Source: Pseudomonadota bacterium (GTDB lineage Bacteria; Pseudomonadota; Alphaproteobacteria; Rhizobiales; Rhizobiaceae). From it: DNA of 64,000 nt. Location: positions 5,961 to 69,960 of the forward strand of contig JBCCOK010000011.1 of NCBI GenBank assembly GCA_039025395.1, given 5' to 3'. The position numbers were made by a program, and so were the translations under genes. The first letter of the stretch is position 1; each line of letters starts with the position of its first letter. A model generated the notes under the pieces. That model ran no database searches, was not told the DNA's origin, and saw only the letters and a list, made by a program, of their open reading frames with translations. Below, one piece after another: positions 8,350-17,413 of this stretch.

Positions 8350-10842
8350 TCATTTCTTTCGCGGAACCTTCGGCACTGCACTGCCGCGCGGCTTGGATGG
8401 CTCCGGCTCGTCCAAGGGCGGGGCGTCTCCCTCAGCGCCTTCCTGCTTTGGCGCGGCGGTTGCTGCTGCTTTTGGTTTTGCTGCTGCGGGCTTGCGTTTC
8501 GTCGTTGGTTCCTTGCGCGGCTTTTCCGGAGCCTTGTCTGGAATGGCTTCGAGTTTCAATCCGGGTTCGCCGTCGTCTTTCTTTTCGACGGTGACTTTCA
8601 CAGTCCCGCCCTTCCTCAGTTTGCCGAACAGCACCTCGTCGGCAAGCTGCTTCTTGACATGTTCCTGGATCACACGTGCCAGCGGCCGCGCACCCATGCG
8701 CTCATCATAGCCCTTGTCAGCGAGCCATGCGACGGCTTCCTTCGAAAGATCGAATGTGACACCGCGCTCGGCCAACTGCGCCTCAAGCTGCATGACGAAT
8801 TTCTGAACAACCTGGTGAATGACAGGTGTAGGCAGCGAACCAAAAGGAATGATCGCGTCCAGCCGGTTACGGAATTCGGGCGAAAACATCCGGTTGATCG
8901 CTTCCATATCGTCACCTTCCCGCTTTGACGAGCCGAAGCCGATGGCGGGCTTGGCAAGATCCGCGGCGCCAGCATTCGTCGTCATGATGAGGATGACATT
9001 ACGGAAATCGATCTGTTTGCCGTTGTGGTCCGTCAGCTTGCCGTGATCCATCACCTGCAACAGGATGTTGAACAGGTCCGGGTGGGCCTTTTCGATTTCG
9101 TCGAGGAGCAGCACACAGTGAGGATGCTGATCGACGCCGTCGGTCAGCAGACCGCCCTGATCGAAGCCGACATATCCGGGTGGCGCCCCCAGAAGGCGCG
9201 ACACAGTATGGCGTTCCATGTATTCCGACATGTCGAAGCGCAGCAATTCAACGCCGAGCGAGCTTGCAAGCTGCCGTGCGACTTCCGTTTTTCCGACCCC
9301 AGTGGGACCGGAGAAAAGATAACTCCCGATCGGCTTGTCCGGTTCGCGCAAACCGGCACGGGCCAGTTTGATGGCCGATGCCAGGGTTTCAATCGCATTG
9401 TCCTGACCATAGACAACACGCCGCAACTCCTTGTCGAGGTTGGCAAGGACCAGCTTGTCGTCTTTTGACACCGATTTCGGCGGAATACGTGCCATGGTCG
9501 CAACTGTCGCTTCGATCTCCTTCTCGGTGATCGTCTTGCGGCGTTTGCTTTCTTCAACCAGCATCTGCGATGCACCGGTCTCGTCGATCACGTCGATCGC
9601 CTTGTCCGGCAGCTTGCGGTCATTGATGTAACGCGCTGAAAGCTCCACCGCCGAAGTGATCGCCTCGTTGCTGTACTTGACCTTGTGATAGTCCTCGTAA
9701 TAGGGCTTCAGACCCTTCAGGATCTCGACAGCGTCGTCGATGCTCGGCTCGTTGACGTCGATTTTCTGGAACCGGCGCACAAGTGCCCTGTCCTTCTCGA
9801 AAAACTGCCTGAATTCCTTGTAGGTTGTCGATCCGATGCATCGAATCGAGCCCGACGACAAGGCCGGTTTCAGCAGATTGGATGCATCCATGGCACCGCC
9901 AGAAGTCGCGCCAGCGCCGATCACCGTATGTATCTCGTCAATGAAAAGGACTGCGCCTTCCATTTCCTCGAGTTCCTTGACGACCTGCTTCAGCCGCTCC
10001 TCGAAGTCGCCCCGATACCGGGTTCCGGCCAGCAGCGCGCCCATATCCAAAGCGTAAATCGTTGAACCGAGGAGTACTTCCGGCACCTCACCATTGATTA
10101 TCCGACGTGCCAGCCCCTCGGCTATGGCTGTCTTGCCAACGCCGGGATCACCGACATAGAGCGGATTGTTTTTCGACCGGCGGCAGAGAACCTGAATCGT
10201 GCGGTTCACCTCTTCGGTGCGTCCTATGAGCGGATCGACCTTGCCGTCGGCGGCTTTCTGATTGAGGTTGACGCAATAGGCACTGAGCGCATCCTGGTTT
10301 TTGGGCTTTCCGCCTTCCTCGGTATCGGATGGCGCAGAAGACGAGTCAGAATCGGAGTCCTCGGCACCCCGAACCGGACGGCTTTCTGAAACGCCTGGCC
10401 GCTTTGCAATGCCGTGTGAAATGAAATTCACCGCGTCATAACGCGTCATTTCCTGCTCCTGAAGGAAATAGGCGGCATGACTTTCGCGCTCTGCAAAGAT
10501 GGCGACCAGCACGTTTGCACCGGTTACCTCGTCGCGACCGGAGGACTGAACGTGAATGACGGCGCGTTGAATGACGCGCTGGAAACCGGATGTTGGTTTG
10601 GAATCTTCATCGTAACCCGTCACGAGATTGTGCAGCTCGTTGTCGATATATTCGGTTACGGTCGAACGCAGTGCATCAAGATCAACGCCGCAGGCCCGCA
10701 TTACAGCGGCCGCATCGGAGTCGTCCATGAGCGCCAGCAACAGATGCTCCAACGTCGCATATTCATGATGGCGATCGTTTGCAAATGTAAGTGCCTGGTG
10801 CAATGCCTTTTCAAGGCTGTTGGAAAATGTCGGCACAGTCAA
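8350..10842 (-). CDS. clpA: ATP-dependent Clp protease ATP-binding subunit ClpA
   Basis: 830 aa. It has a Clp N-domain, two AAA+ modules with Walker A motifs (GDPGVGKT, GPTGVGKT), and a ClpA-type D2. It sits directly downstream of clpS. Confidence 0.97.
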   Translation of the reverse strand: MTVPTFSNSLEKALHQALTFANDRHHEYATLEHLLLALMDDSDAAAVMRACGVDLDALRSTVTEYIDNELHNLVTGYDEDSKPTSGFQRVIQRAVIHVQSSGRDEVTGANVLVAIFAERESHAAYFLQEQEMTRYDAVNFISHGIAKRPGVSESRPVRGAEDSDSDSSSAPSDTEEGGKPKNQDALSAYCVNLNQKAADGKVDPLIGRTEEVNRTIQVLCRRSKNNPLYVGDPGVGKTAIAEGLARRIINGEVPEVLLGSTIYALDMGALLAGTRYRGDFEERLKQVVKELEEMEGAVLFIDEIHTVIGAGATSGGAMDASNLLKPALSSGSIRCIGSTTYKEFRQFFEKDRALVRRFQKIDVNEPSIDDAVEILKGLKPYYEDYHKVKYSNEAITSAVELSARYINDRKLPDKAIDVIDETGASQMLVEESKRRKTITEKEIEATVATMARIPPKSVSKDDKLVLANLDKELRRVVYGQDNAIETLASAIKLARAGLREPDKPIGSYLFSGPTGVGKTEVARQLASSLGVELLRFDMSEYMERHTVSRLLGAPPGYVGFDQGGLLTDGVDQHPHCVLLLDEIEKAHPDLFNILLQVMDHGKLTDHNGKQIDFRNVILIMTTNAGAADLAKPAIGFGSSKREGDDMEAINRMFSPEFRNRLDAIIPFGSLPTPVIHQVVQKFVMQLEAQLAERGVTFDLSKEAVAWLADKGYDERMGARPLARVIQEHVKKQLADEVLFGKLRKGGTVKVTVEKKDDGEPGLKLEAIPDKAPEKPRKEPTTKRKPAAAKPKAAATAAPKQEGAEGDAPPLDEPEPSKPRGSAVPKVPRKK

Positions 10843-10846
10843 ATCC

Positions 10847-11215
10847 TCATTTCTTTTCCATCACGCATTGTAACGGATGCTGGTTCTGGCGCGAAAAATC
10901 CATCACCTGTGTGACTTTGGTTTCTGCTACCTCGTATGTAAAGACCCCGCACTCGCCAACACCGTGATTGTGAACGTGGAGCATGATCCGCGTGGCTGCT
11001 TCACGGTCTTTCTGGAAAAACCGCTCGAGAACGTGAACGACGAACTCCATCGGCGTGTAATCGTCATTGAGAAGCAAGACCCGATAGAGGCTGGGCTTCT
11101 TGGTTTTCTTCTTCGTGCGCGTGATAACTGACACGCCGTTGCCGGTTGCACGGCCATCGGCGTCATTATTGTCATCATCATCACTCATTGCGGGCTCAAA
11201 AGGCTTCGCTGCCAT
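10847..11215 (-). CDS. clpS: ATP-dependent Clp protease adaptor ClpS
   Basis: [24 protein letters not shown]...[27 protein letters not shown]. The start could instead be the internal ATG at 11188. Confidence 0.92.
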   Translation of the reverse strand: MAAKPFEPAMSDDDDNNDADGRATGNGVSVITRTKKKTKKPSLYRVLLLNDDYTPMEFVVHVLERFFQKDREAATRIMLHVHNHGVGECGVFTYEVAETKVTQVMDFSRQNQHPLQCVMEKK

Positions 11216-11433
11216 GTCGGAAGGATGTCTACCTATCTTTGTCCATAGGGATATTGGTACAGTAATGAATTGAGGTCTACTCTATCTTAGTCCAGACAGG
11301 CAGCGAATTTAAGCCCCGGGCGGCGGCTCTGTACGATGTACTTCACCGAGCAATAAATAGGTATGAATTCCAGTGCGCATAGAGGCACGGTTCAAGAAAA
11401 TTGCACCCGCTTGTCTTTCCGCCCCTCATAAAC

Positions 11434-11464
11434 GAAAAAACCCGGCCGCGATAAGGGCCGGGTT
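11434..11464 (-). terminator. Rho-independent terminator of the phasin gene
   Basis: 9-bp stem AACCCGGCC/GGCCGGGTT with an 8-nt loop, followed on the minus strand by TTTT. It lies 33 nt past the phasin stop. Confidence 0.6.
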
Positions 11465-11496
11465 GGACAGTTCCGTTAGAACCGACGATCGGTTGC

Positions 11497-11853
11497 TTAC
11501 GAACCTTTCTTTGAAGCCGTAGTAGCAGGTGCGGCTGCAGCGACCACGCCTTCATATGGCTCATAGGCTTTGCGTGCAGTGTCGGCGTAGAGTTCACTCA
11601 TCTTGGTCGCCTGGGCAACAAAGCCCTCATAGCTGCTTTTGGCAAAGTCGCTCTGGATTTCGAAAGCTTTCTCAATTGTCTTGGCACTGAAAAGCTGCTC
11701 GACGACAGCAGCATTGTCCTCGTAGGATCTCTTCGAGAAATCTGTTGCCTCGGTCGTCATCGTCTGCATACCCTGCGCTAGCGCTGAGTAGCTTTTCAAC
11801 ATATTGTCCATGGCTTCCTTGCCGTATTTGCTGGCATCATCAAAGGAAAACAT
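11497..11853 (-). CDS. Phasin family protein (PHA granule-associated)
   Basis: 118 aa, helical and Ala/Glu-rich. Alphaproteobacterial phasin pattern FDDASKYGKEAMDNMLKSYSALAQGMQ...FEIQSDFAKSSYEGFVAQATK. Confidence 0.85.
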   Translation of the reverse strand: MFSFDDASKYGKEAMDNMLKSYSALAQGMQTMTTEATDFSKRSYEDNAAVVEQLFSAKTIEKAFEIQSDFAKSSYEGFVAQATKMSELYADTARKAYEPYEGVVAAAAPATTASKKGS

Positions 11854-11931
11854 TTTGCCATCCTATTCTCGTTTGGGGAGGTCAAATCTGATCGGCAACG
11901 CAAAACCCGTATCCGATTGCCTGCCAGAATA

Positions 11932-11975
11932 TGTGCACTGCAACACAATGTCAAGGGTTATTGTGCACTGCAACA
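11932..11975. promoter_or_regulatory. Two perfect 14-bp direct repeats (TGTGCACTGCAACA) upstream of the phasin gene; candidate PhaR-type operator
   Basis: Copies at 11932-11945 and 11962-11975 (30-bp period), 80-120 bp upstream of the phasin start. Each contains a TGC-N3-GCA core. Confidence 0.45.
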
Positions 11976-12139
11976 TAACCTTATTCTTGCCGTTACCCAA
12001 AAAGAAAACCGTCTGTAAAGAACCTGCCAACCATAAACAAATTGGTAACGCTGTTGTCCTAGGCTTGCCCGAAAAGGCGGCCAATGGCATTTGTCAGCCC
12101 GTCAGCGTATGCGTAGCGTAATGTGATTGGATCTTAAAA

Positions 12140-13552
12140 GTGTATACAGCTTCTTTCGGCGATCGCTGCTTCTCCCGGCTCAACAGGTACTTCAAAGGCT
12201 CAATAAAACTGCTAGCCGCGATTGCGGTTGCCTGCGTGCTTGGTGCCGGCAGTGCTGCCGCAAACCCGAAATATGCCGGGGTTGTCATTGATGCAAAGAC
12301 CGGAAAGACGCTTTACGCCGACAACGCCGACGCGCTCCGGTATCCTGCATCGCTCACCAAGATGATGACGCTGTATCTTGTGTTCGAAGCACTGGACGCT
12401 GGCAAGATCAGCAAGACAACACGCATTCGGGTGTCAAAAAACGCCGCCGCAGAACCGCCGTCAAAAATCAATGTACGCGCCGGACGAACAATTTCCGTTG
12501 AACAGGCAATCAATGCGCTCGTAACGAAATCAGCCAACGACGTGTCTACAGCAATCGCTGAGCACCTGGGCGGCACAGAGAGCGGCTTCGCAAGGCTGAT
12601 GACGGAAAAAGCGCGTGCGCTGGGCATGAAGAAAACGACGTTCCGCAACGCCCACGGTTTGCCGAACTCAAGGCAAAAGACAACGGCACGCGAAATGGCA
12701 CGTCTGGGTATCGCACTGCGTGAGCACTTTCCCGCCCACTACCATTACTTTTCAACGCGCACCTTCAAGTACGGCAAATTACGTTTCACCAACCACAATC
12801 GGCTCCTTGGCACTGTCACGGGTGTTGACGGCATCAAGACCGGCTACACACGCGCTTCCGGCTTCAATCTGGTCAGTTCCGTCCGCAAAGACGGACGCAG
12901 CATCGTGGCCGTGGTCATGGGCGGCAAGTCCGGTGCCAGCCGCAACAGGCATATGCAGGACCTGATCGGCCGTTATCTGCCGAAGGCGTCGCGCAATGGC
13001 AACGCCAATTTGGTAGCGAAGACGTCTTCGACATTCAGCAGGGTAAGCCTTCCCAAACAGGGGCCGGTACCGAAGTTTCGCGATCACAGCGACGTTCGTG
13101 TTGCGCTTGCCTACGCCATTCCTCAACAGGCGTCTTCCTTTCCGATCCCGCTCGACCGTCCCGTCGTCGGAAGAGATGCCCTCGTGGAACAGTTGAAGAA
13201 ACAACGCGCCTTTGTCGCGCCATCGCCTCGCCCTCCCAGCCAGCCAGTACCGGGACATGCAACGAAAGCGATCGATGCCGTCGTCACCTCGAGCACGAAC
13301 ACACCGTCCGGATGGGTTGTTCAGATCGGTGCGGCACCAAGCCGCGAAAGCGCTGAGCAGTTGCTGGCCGAGGCACAGACAAGAACCGGCGGCCTCGTCC
13401 GCGACGCGCAACCCTTTACCGTACTGACTGAGCATGAGGGCGAAAGTCTGCATCGGGCTCGGTTTGCGGGCTTTAGTGGCAAATCCGAAGCATGGAAGGC
13501 CTGCAGCGCTCTCAAGAAAAAGGGCTACGGCTGCTGGGCCACGGAGCAGTAA
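12140..13552 (+). CDS. D-alanyl-D-alanine carboxypeptidase (S11, PBP5/6-type) with C-terminal SPOR domain
   Basis: Signal-like N-terminus. SxxK motif (PASLTKMMT), SxN (TKSAND) and KTG (IKTGYT). The C-terminal GWVVQIGAAPSRESAEQLL...RARFAGFS...A..ACSALKKKG is SPOR-like. GTG start. Confidence 0.85.
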   Translation: MYTASFGDRCFSRLNRYFKGSIKLLAAIAVACVLGAGSAAANPKYAGVVIDAKTGKTLYADNADALRYPASLTKMMTLYLVFEALDAGKISKTTRIRVSKNAAAEPPSKINVRAGRTISVEQAINALVTKSANDVSTAIAEHLGGTESGFARLMTEKARALGMKKTTFRNAHGLPNSRQKTTAREMARLGIALREHFPAHYHYFSTRTFKYGKLRFTNHNRLLGTVTGVDGIKTGYTRASGFNLVSSVRKDGRSIVAVVMGGKSGASRNRHMQDLIGRYLPKASRNGNANLVAKTSSTFSRVSLPKQGPVPKFRDHSDVRVALAYAIPQQASSFPIPLDRPVVGRDALVEQLKKQRAFVAPSPRPPSQPVPGHATKAIDAVVTSSTNTPSGWVVQIGAAPSRESAEQLLAEAQTRTGGLVRDAQPFTVLTEHEGESLHRARFAGFSGKSEAWKACSALKKKGYGCWATEQ

Positions 13553-13562
13553 GCAAATTTTG

Positions 13563-13589
13563 AGGTGGCGTTAGCAGCGGCCGCCTTTT
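13563..13589 (+). terminator. Probable rho-independent terminator after the carboxypeptidase gene
   Basis: AGGTGGC...GCCGCCT stem (one G-U pair) followed by TTTT. It starts 11 nt after the stop codon. Confidence 0.45.
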
Positions 13590-13619
13590 CCTCGAAAGTG
13601 TTGTTCGTATTGGGGAATT

Positions 13620-14312
13620 CTAATGACGTCGCAGGAGTACATCTTTAGCCTCGTTAATGCGCGCCGCCAGAAAAACCGAGCCACCGGTGTCGGGATGAAC
13701 GCGCTTCATCAAGCGGCGATGCGCCTGGCGGATTTCCGTCTCGGACGCACCAGTGGCAAGACCAAGGATCTCGTACGCCTCCTCCTCTGTCATGGGGCCC
13801 GAAGCTGGCGCGGCGCCCAGCCCCTCGTCCGCGTCCGTCTCAAAGCCATCACGCCAACTGGGAGCCCGGCGGTCAAGATACGCTTCTAGCACCTGGATGC
13901 TCTCCGGATCGCCCCGCAGTTCCATGTGGAGCGAACGCAGTTGATCTTCGCTCAAGGCGTCAAGTTCCTGTCCCTCGAATTGCCCGACGAGAACCAGCCC
14001 GTTCATCGCTCCGCTGTCCAGATCAAGCTCCATTTCCAGCGCTGCCGTGCGAACACGCGATGTTTGCCGCGCCGACTTCGTGCCTCGCGACCGCGCCCTG
14101 GCGCGCCCGAAAAGCGCGGCTGCAAGTCCGAAAAGGCCGAGCGAAATGCCGGTGCGTCCAAGCAAGGTGAAGACAATGCCGAACAAGGTCAGCAGGACCG
14201 GAAGAAAGTAGCGCAGTACTGTTGCCAGGCGCTGTGGATCCATGCGCACAAACAGCACCGACAGTCCAGCCAGCAGAAGGCCGAGCAGGACGATGTAAAA
14301 CAGGAAAGTCAC
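13620..14312 (-). CDS. Membrane-anchored J-domain (DnaJ-like) protein
   Basis: 230 aa with a GTG start. Two or three N-terminal TM helices. C-terminal J-domain EEAYEILGLATGASETEIRQAHRRLMKRVHPDTGG (HPD motif). Confidence 0.8.
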   Translation of the reverse strand: MTFLFYIVLLGLLLAGLSVLFVRMDPQRLATVLRYFLPVLLTLFGIVFTLLGRTGISLGLFGLAAALFGRARARSRGTKSARQTSRVRTAALEMELDLDSGAMNGLVLVGQFEGQELDALSEDQLRSLHMELRGDPESIQVLEAYLDRRAPSWRDGFETDADEGLGAAPASGPMTEEEAYEILGLATGASETEIRQAHRRLMKRVHPDTGGSVFLAARINEAKDVLLRRH

Positions 14313-14315
14313 CGG

Positions 14316-15059
14316 TTAACCGCCCTTCCCTCCGGAGAGCTGTTCGAGAAGCAGGCGGGACTCGCGGCTCTTGTCTTGTTGCAGCGCCGGCATTCCGCCC
14401 GACGCATAGACCGCAACGGCTTTGAGAAGATTAAGAAGCGCACTTGCGGCGTTTCCGTCGAAACGCAGATACGCGCCCCCTGTCAATCGGGCAATCTCCC
14501 TGAACGCCGTCTGTGCTGCCGGGTCTCCACCCTCCTGGAACATGAAGCAGGGAACTTTGCGCATGCCTAATTCGCCCGCCAGTTGGCAGAGCTTGTCGAC
14601 ATTTTCTTCCATGGCATCGCCGATATAGACCATCGCGCTGACCGGGCGGCGAACGGTTTCGTCCCGCGCATGCTTCAACACTTTGGCAATCTGCGTATGC
14701 CCGCCCCGGCAATCGATACGCACCATGAGATCACGAAGCTGTGCGGCATCGGCGACCCATTTGGACGCGCGGCATTCACCAAAACCGCGGAAATAGACCA
14801 GCTGAACGTTCAAGCCACCGGCGCGGCTCACGGCATTGAACATCTCGCCTTGCAGCATGCACGCGGCATCCCAGGTCGGTTGGCGACTCATTGTCGCATC
14901 GAGTGCAAAGATAAGACGGCCGCTATCAGATCCTACCGGTTTGGTGACCGATTTGGCAGCATTGAGGAAATTTTCGATATCCCGTCTTGAGGACTGTTCG
15001 CCGGCGTCCGAAGCGACGTCCTGCGAACCCTTTCCCTTGGTAATGTCACGACCCGACAT
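14316..15059 (-). CDS. von Willebrand factor type A (VWA) domain protein
   Basis: ORF trimmed to the ATG at 15059 (GAGGAG upstream). MIDAS-like LIFALDATMS, with beta-alpha alternation typical of VWA. The stop lies 3 nt before the J-domain gene start. Confidence 0.75.
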   Translation of the reverse strand: MSGRDITKGKGSQDVASDAGEQSSRRDIENFLNAAKSVTKPVGSDSGRLIFALDATMSRQPTWDAACMLQGEMFNAVSRAGGLNVQLVYFRGFGECRASKWVADAAQLRDLMVRIDCRGGHTQIAKVLKHARDETVRRPVSAMVYIGDAMEENVDKLCQLAGELGMRKVPCFMFQEGGDPAAQTAFREIARLTGGAYLRFDGNAASALLNLLKAVAVYASGGMPALQQDKSRESRLLLEQLSGGKGG

Positions 15060-15220
15060 GAGTTGCTCCTCGGAATTGGGCCGCAACGCGACCGCTCCAT
15101 TCCCTCCACAGGCAAATTTAGTGCAACCGGCTGCCAAATTGAACCTGTCCCCGCAATTGAGCGCAAGTTCAGGTCAACTATTGATAAAGAAGACCGAGAA
15201 GTTGGCTTATTGAGTCGGCT

Positions 15221-15658
15221 TCATAAAAGACCGAGATCGGCCAATTCACGCCTTAATTCCGGTGGCAACGATAAGATCCCCGCCCCACCTTCGGACAAAT
15301 CCGAGGGTGCATCTTGCTGCTTGAGGTATCGCCAGCCCTGAAAAGCCCGACGGGGCTGCCATTCAGTGAGAAACAGGCGCGGCTCTAACACAATACGGCA
15401 GCGCGACACGCCCGAGGGGTCGACGAAGGGCTGAATGTCGTCAATGCGCTGGCGCGCCTGGATCGTGCCGCGTATGACCCAGTATAGCGAACCGCCGTCC
15501 AATAGTTCATCAGCCCGTTTCGGCACCATGCGCGTGATATGAAAGGAAATTTCGCCTAACCCACGCAGTTTGTGCTGCTCAACGCGGAACTTGATCGATG
15601 CCTGGAGGTCTTCGATGGTGTCTACGCCGACACACAACTTCAACAGATTGAGGGCCAT
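15221..15658 (-). CDS. DUF1489 family protein
   Basis: 145 aa. MALNLLKLCVGVDTIEDL...SLYWVIRG...ARQRI matches my recollection of the conserved alphaproteobacterial DUF1489 pattern. Confidence 0.75.
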   Translation of the reverse strand: MALNLLKLCVGVDTIEDLQASIKFRVEQHKLRGLGEISFHITRMVPKRADELLDGGSLYWVIRGTIQARQRIDDIQPFVDPSGVSRCRIVLEPRLFLTEWQPRRAFQGWRYLKQQDAPSDLSEGGAGILSLPPELRRELADLGLL

Positions 15659-15737
15659 TCACCTGACGTAGCGGTCTCAATGACAGCGTCAAGCCAAGGA
15701 CGATTGATGTCCACAATTGCGGAAGGTTAAGCCGCGG

Positions 15738-17138
15738 TCAGCACTCGACAACATTGACGGCAAGACCGCCTTCGCTGGTTTCTTTGTACCGGGCATTCAT
15801 ATCGAGGCCAGTCTGACGCATGGTTTCGATACACGCATCAAGCGGCACGAAATGCTGGCCATCGCCTCGCAATGCCAGCGAAGCAGCCGTTACCGCTTTG
15901 ACCGCGCCCAAGGCGTTGCGCTCGATGCAAGGAACCTGAACCAATCCCCCGACGGGGTCACAGGTCATACCCAGATGATGTTCGAGGGCTATTTCCGCGG
16001 CGTTTTCAACCTGCTCCGGAGTGGCTCCAAGCACTGCCGCGAGCCCGGCTGCAGCCATGGCTGCAGCCGATCCGACCTCGCCCTGGCAGCCGACCTCGGC
16101 GCCCGATATGGAGGCGTTGTGCTTGATAATGCCGCCGACCGCAGCGGCAGTGAGAAGAAATTCGCGTACGTCATCTTGACCGGCACCATCGTGAAACTGG
16201 CGGAAATAGCGGATGGTTGCGGGAATAACACCGGCCGCTCCATTGGTCGGCGCAGTCACGACCCGCCCGCCTGCCGCATTTTCCTCGTTGACCGCCATCG
16301 CATAGACACTTAGCCAATCATTGGCCTGAAGCGGGTTTGCCTTGTTCTGCTTCCACTCTTCAAGCAGCTTGTGGTGAATGGATCGCGCACGCCTCCGCAC
16401 ATTCAATCCGCCGGGCATGATCCCGTCCTGGTTCAGTCCCCGGTCAATACAGCCGCTCATTGCCGACCATATTGCGTCGAGCGCTGCATCCAGGTTTTCA
16501 GCCGAATTATTGGCCTCTTCATTCCGGCGCTTCATCTCCGCAATCGACAGGCCGGATTTCTTGGCCATCTCCAGCATCTCGGCAGCGGTCCGGAAGGGAT
16601 AGGGCACGCTGGCTTCAGCGGTCGCAGCAGGCGCTTTCTTTATTGCTTCGAGTTCCAGATCCGTCAGTACGAATCCGCCACCGATCGAATAGTAAATGCG
16701 CTTTAGAAGCACCCGTCCGTCGCCGTCATAGGCGGTGAATGTCATGCCATTGGCGTGGCCGGACAAAGGGTTCTTGCGGTCAAAAATCAGGTCTTTGTCC
16801 GGGTCGAAAGCATAAGTGGGGTGCCCCGGCGGTGAGACCTTCTTGTCTAGTTGCACAGTGTTGATTATCGAATCGATTGCATCGGGATCGACTGTCTGCG
16901 GTTCACACCCCATCAAACCCAAAACAATGGCCCGCCCCGTTCCGTGCCCAATCCCGGTGAACGCAAGAGAGCCGTGCAGGCTGACCTCAAGCCTCTCAAT
17001 ACGGTAGCGTTGCGGCCGCGGCCAATCGCCATTCAGCATCTCATCAAGAAAGCGGCCGCCAGCGACCATCGGTCCCATCGTGTGAGAGCTCGACGGGCCG
17101 ATACCGATCTTGAATACATCAAAGACGGACAAAAACAT
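15738..17138 (-). CDS. sdaA: L-serine ammonia-lyase (Fe-S dependent, single chain)
   Basis: 466 aa. N-terminal [23 protein letters not shown] and C-terminal alpha-domain motifs ([20 protein letters not shown]). Confidence 0.95.
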   Translation of the reverse strand: MFLSVFDVFKIGIGPSSSHTMGPMVAGGRFLDEMLNGDWPRPQRYRIERLEVSLHGSLAFTGIGHGTGRAIVLGLMGCEPQTVDPDAIDSIINTVQLDKKVSPPGHPTYAFDPDKDLIFDRKNPLSGHANGMTFTAYDGDGRVLLKRIYYSIGGGFVLTDLELEAIKKAPAATAEASVPYPFRTAAEMLEMAKKSGLSIAEMKRRNEEANNSAENLDAALDAIWSAMSGCIDRGLNQDGIMPGGLNVRRRARSIHHKLLEEWKQNKANPLQANDWLSVYAMAVNEENAAGGRVVTAPTNGAAGVIPATIRYFRQFHDGAGQDDVREFLLTAAAVGGIIKHNASISGAEVGCQGEVGSAAAMAAAGLAAVLGATPEQVENAAEIALEHHLGMTCDPVGGLVQVPCIERNALGAVKAVTAASLALRGDGQHFVPLDACIETMRQTGLDMNARYKETSEGGLAVNVVEC

Positions 17139-17246
17139 GTCTTCGGCTATCCGAGTACTGAGTGCGGTCCGTTACATTTAGGCACAACCGAGGTCTATTT
17201 TGACCTGCAGGCCGACATTGTTTTGATCGATGACGACACTTTTGAC

Positions 17247-17285
17247 CAAAAAAGAACAGCGCGGGTCAATTCCCGCGCTGTTCTT
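17247..17285 (-). terminator. Strong rho-independent terminator downstream of a small ORF
   Basis: Perfect 14-bp stem AAGAACAGCGCGGG/CCCGCGCTGTTCTT with a 6-nt loop and a T-run on the minus strand. Confidence 0.6.
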
Positions 17286-17311
17286 TACAACATTTGACGT
17301 GCAGGTGCGGC

Positions 17312-17413
17312 TCAGAAGCCTCCGAAGAGATATATCAAAGCCAGCAAGCCCACGAACCCAATCAATGCCCGGGCGGTAAAGCCCCAACAGGATTTTTGGA
17401 CCGTATCTTCCAT
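17312..17413 (-). CDS. Candidate 33-aa hydrophobic small protein
   Basis: MEDTVQKSCWGFTARALIGFVGLLALIYLFGGF. GGAGA lies 4 nt upstream of the ATG. One predicted TM helix. The strong terminator lies 27 nt after the stop. The ORF is below the 60-aa cutoff of the supplied track. Confidence 0.4.
   Translation of the reverse strand: MEDTVQKSCWGFTARALIGFVGLLALIYLFGGF

Noticed and set aside
8137-8928. 263-aa plus-strand ORF, and neighbouring 100-170-aa ORFs, overlapping clpA and the HEAT gene
   Set aside because: It is antisense to a confidently identified ClpA reading frame. Its composition is Arg/Cys/Phe-rich and low-complexity, typical of shadow ORFs in high-GC DNA, and there is no SD.
11932-11975. 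CRISPR-like array, considered because of exact repeats
   Set aside because: Only two 14-bp copies are present, with a 16-bp spacer, there are no cas genes, and the repeats sit in a promoter. This fits an operator, not a CRISPR array.
12779-13453. 224-aa minus-strand ORF inside the carboxypeptidase gene
   Set aside because: It is antisense to a gene with SxxK/SxN/KTG and SPOR motifs, so it is a shadow ORF.
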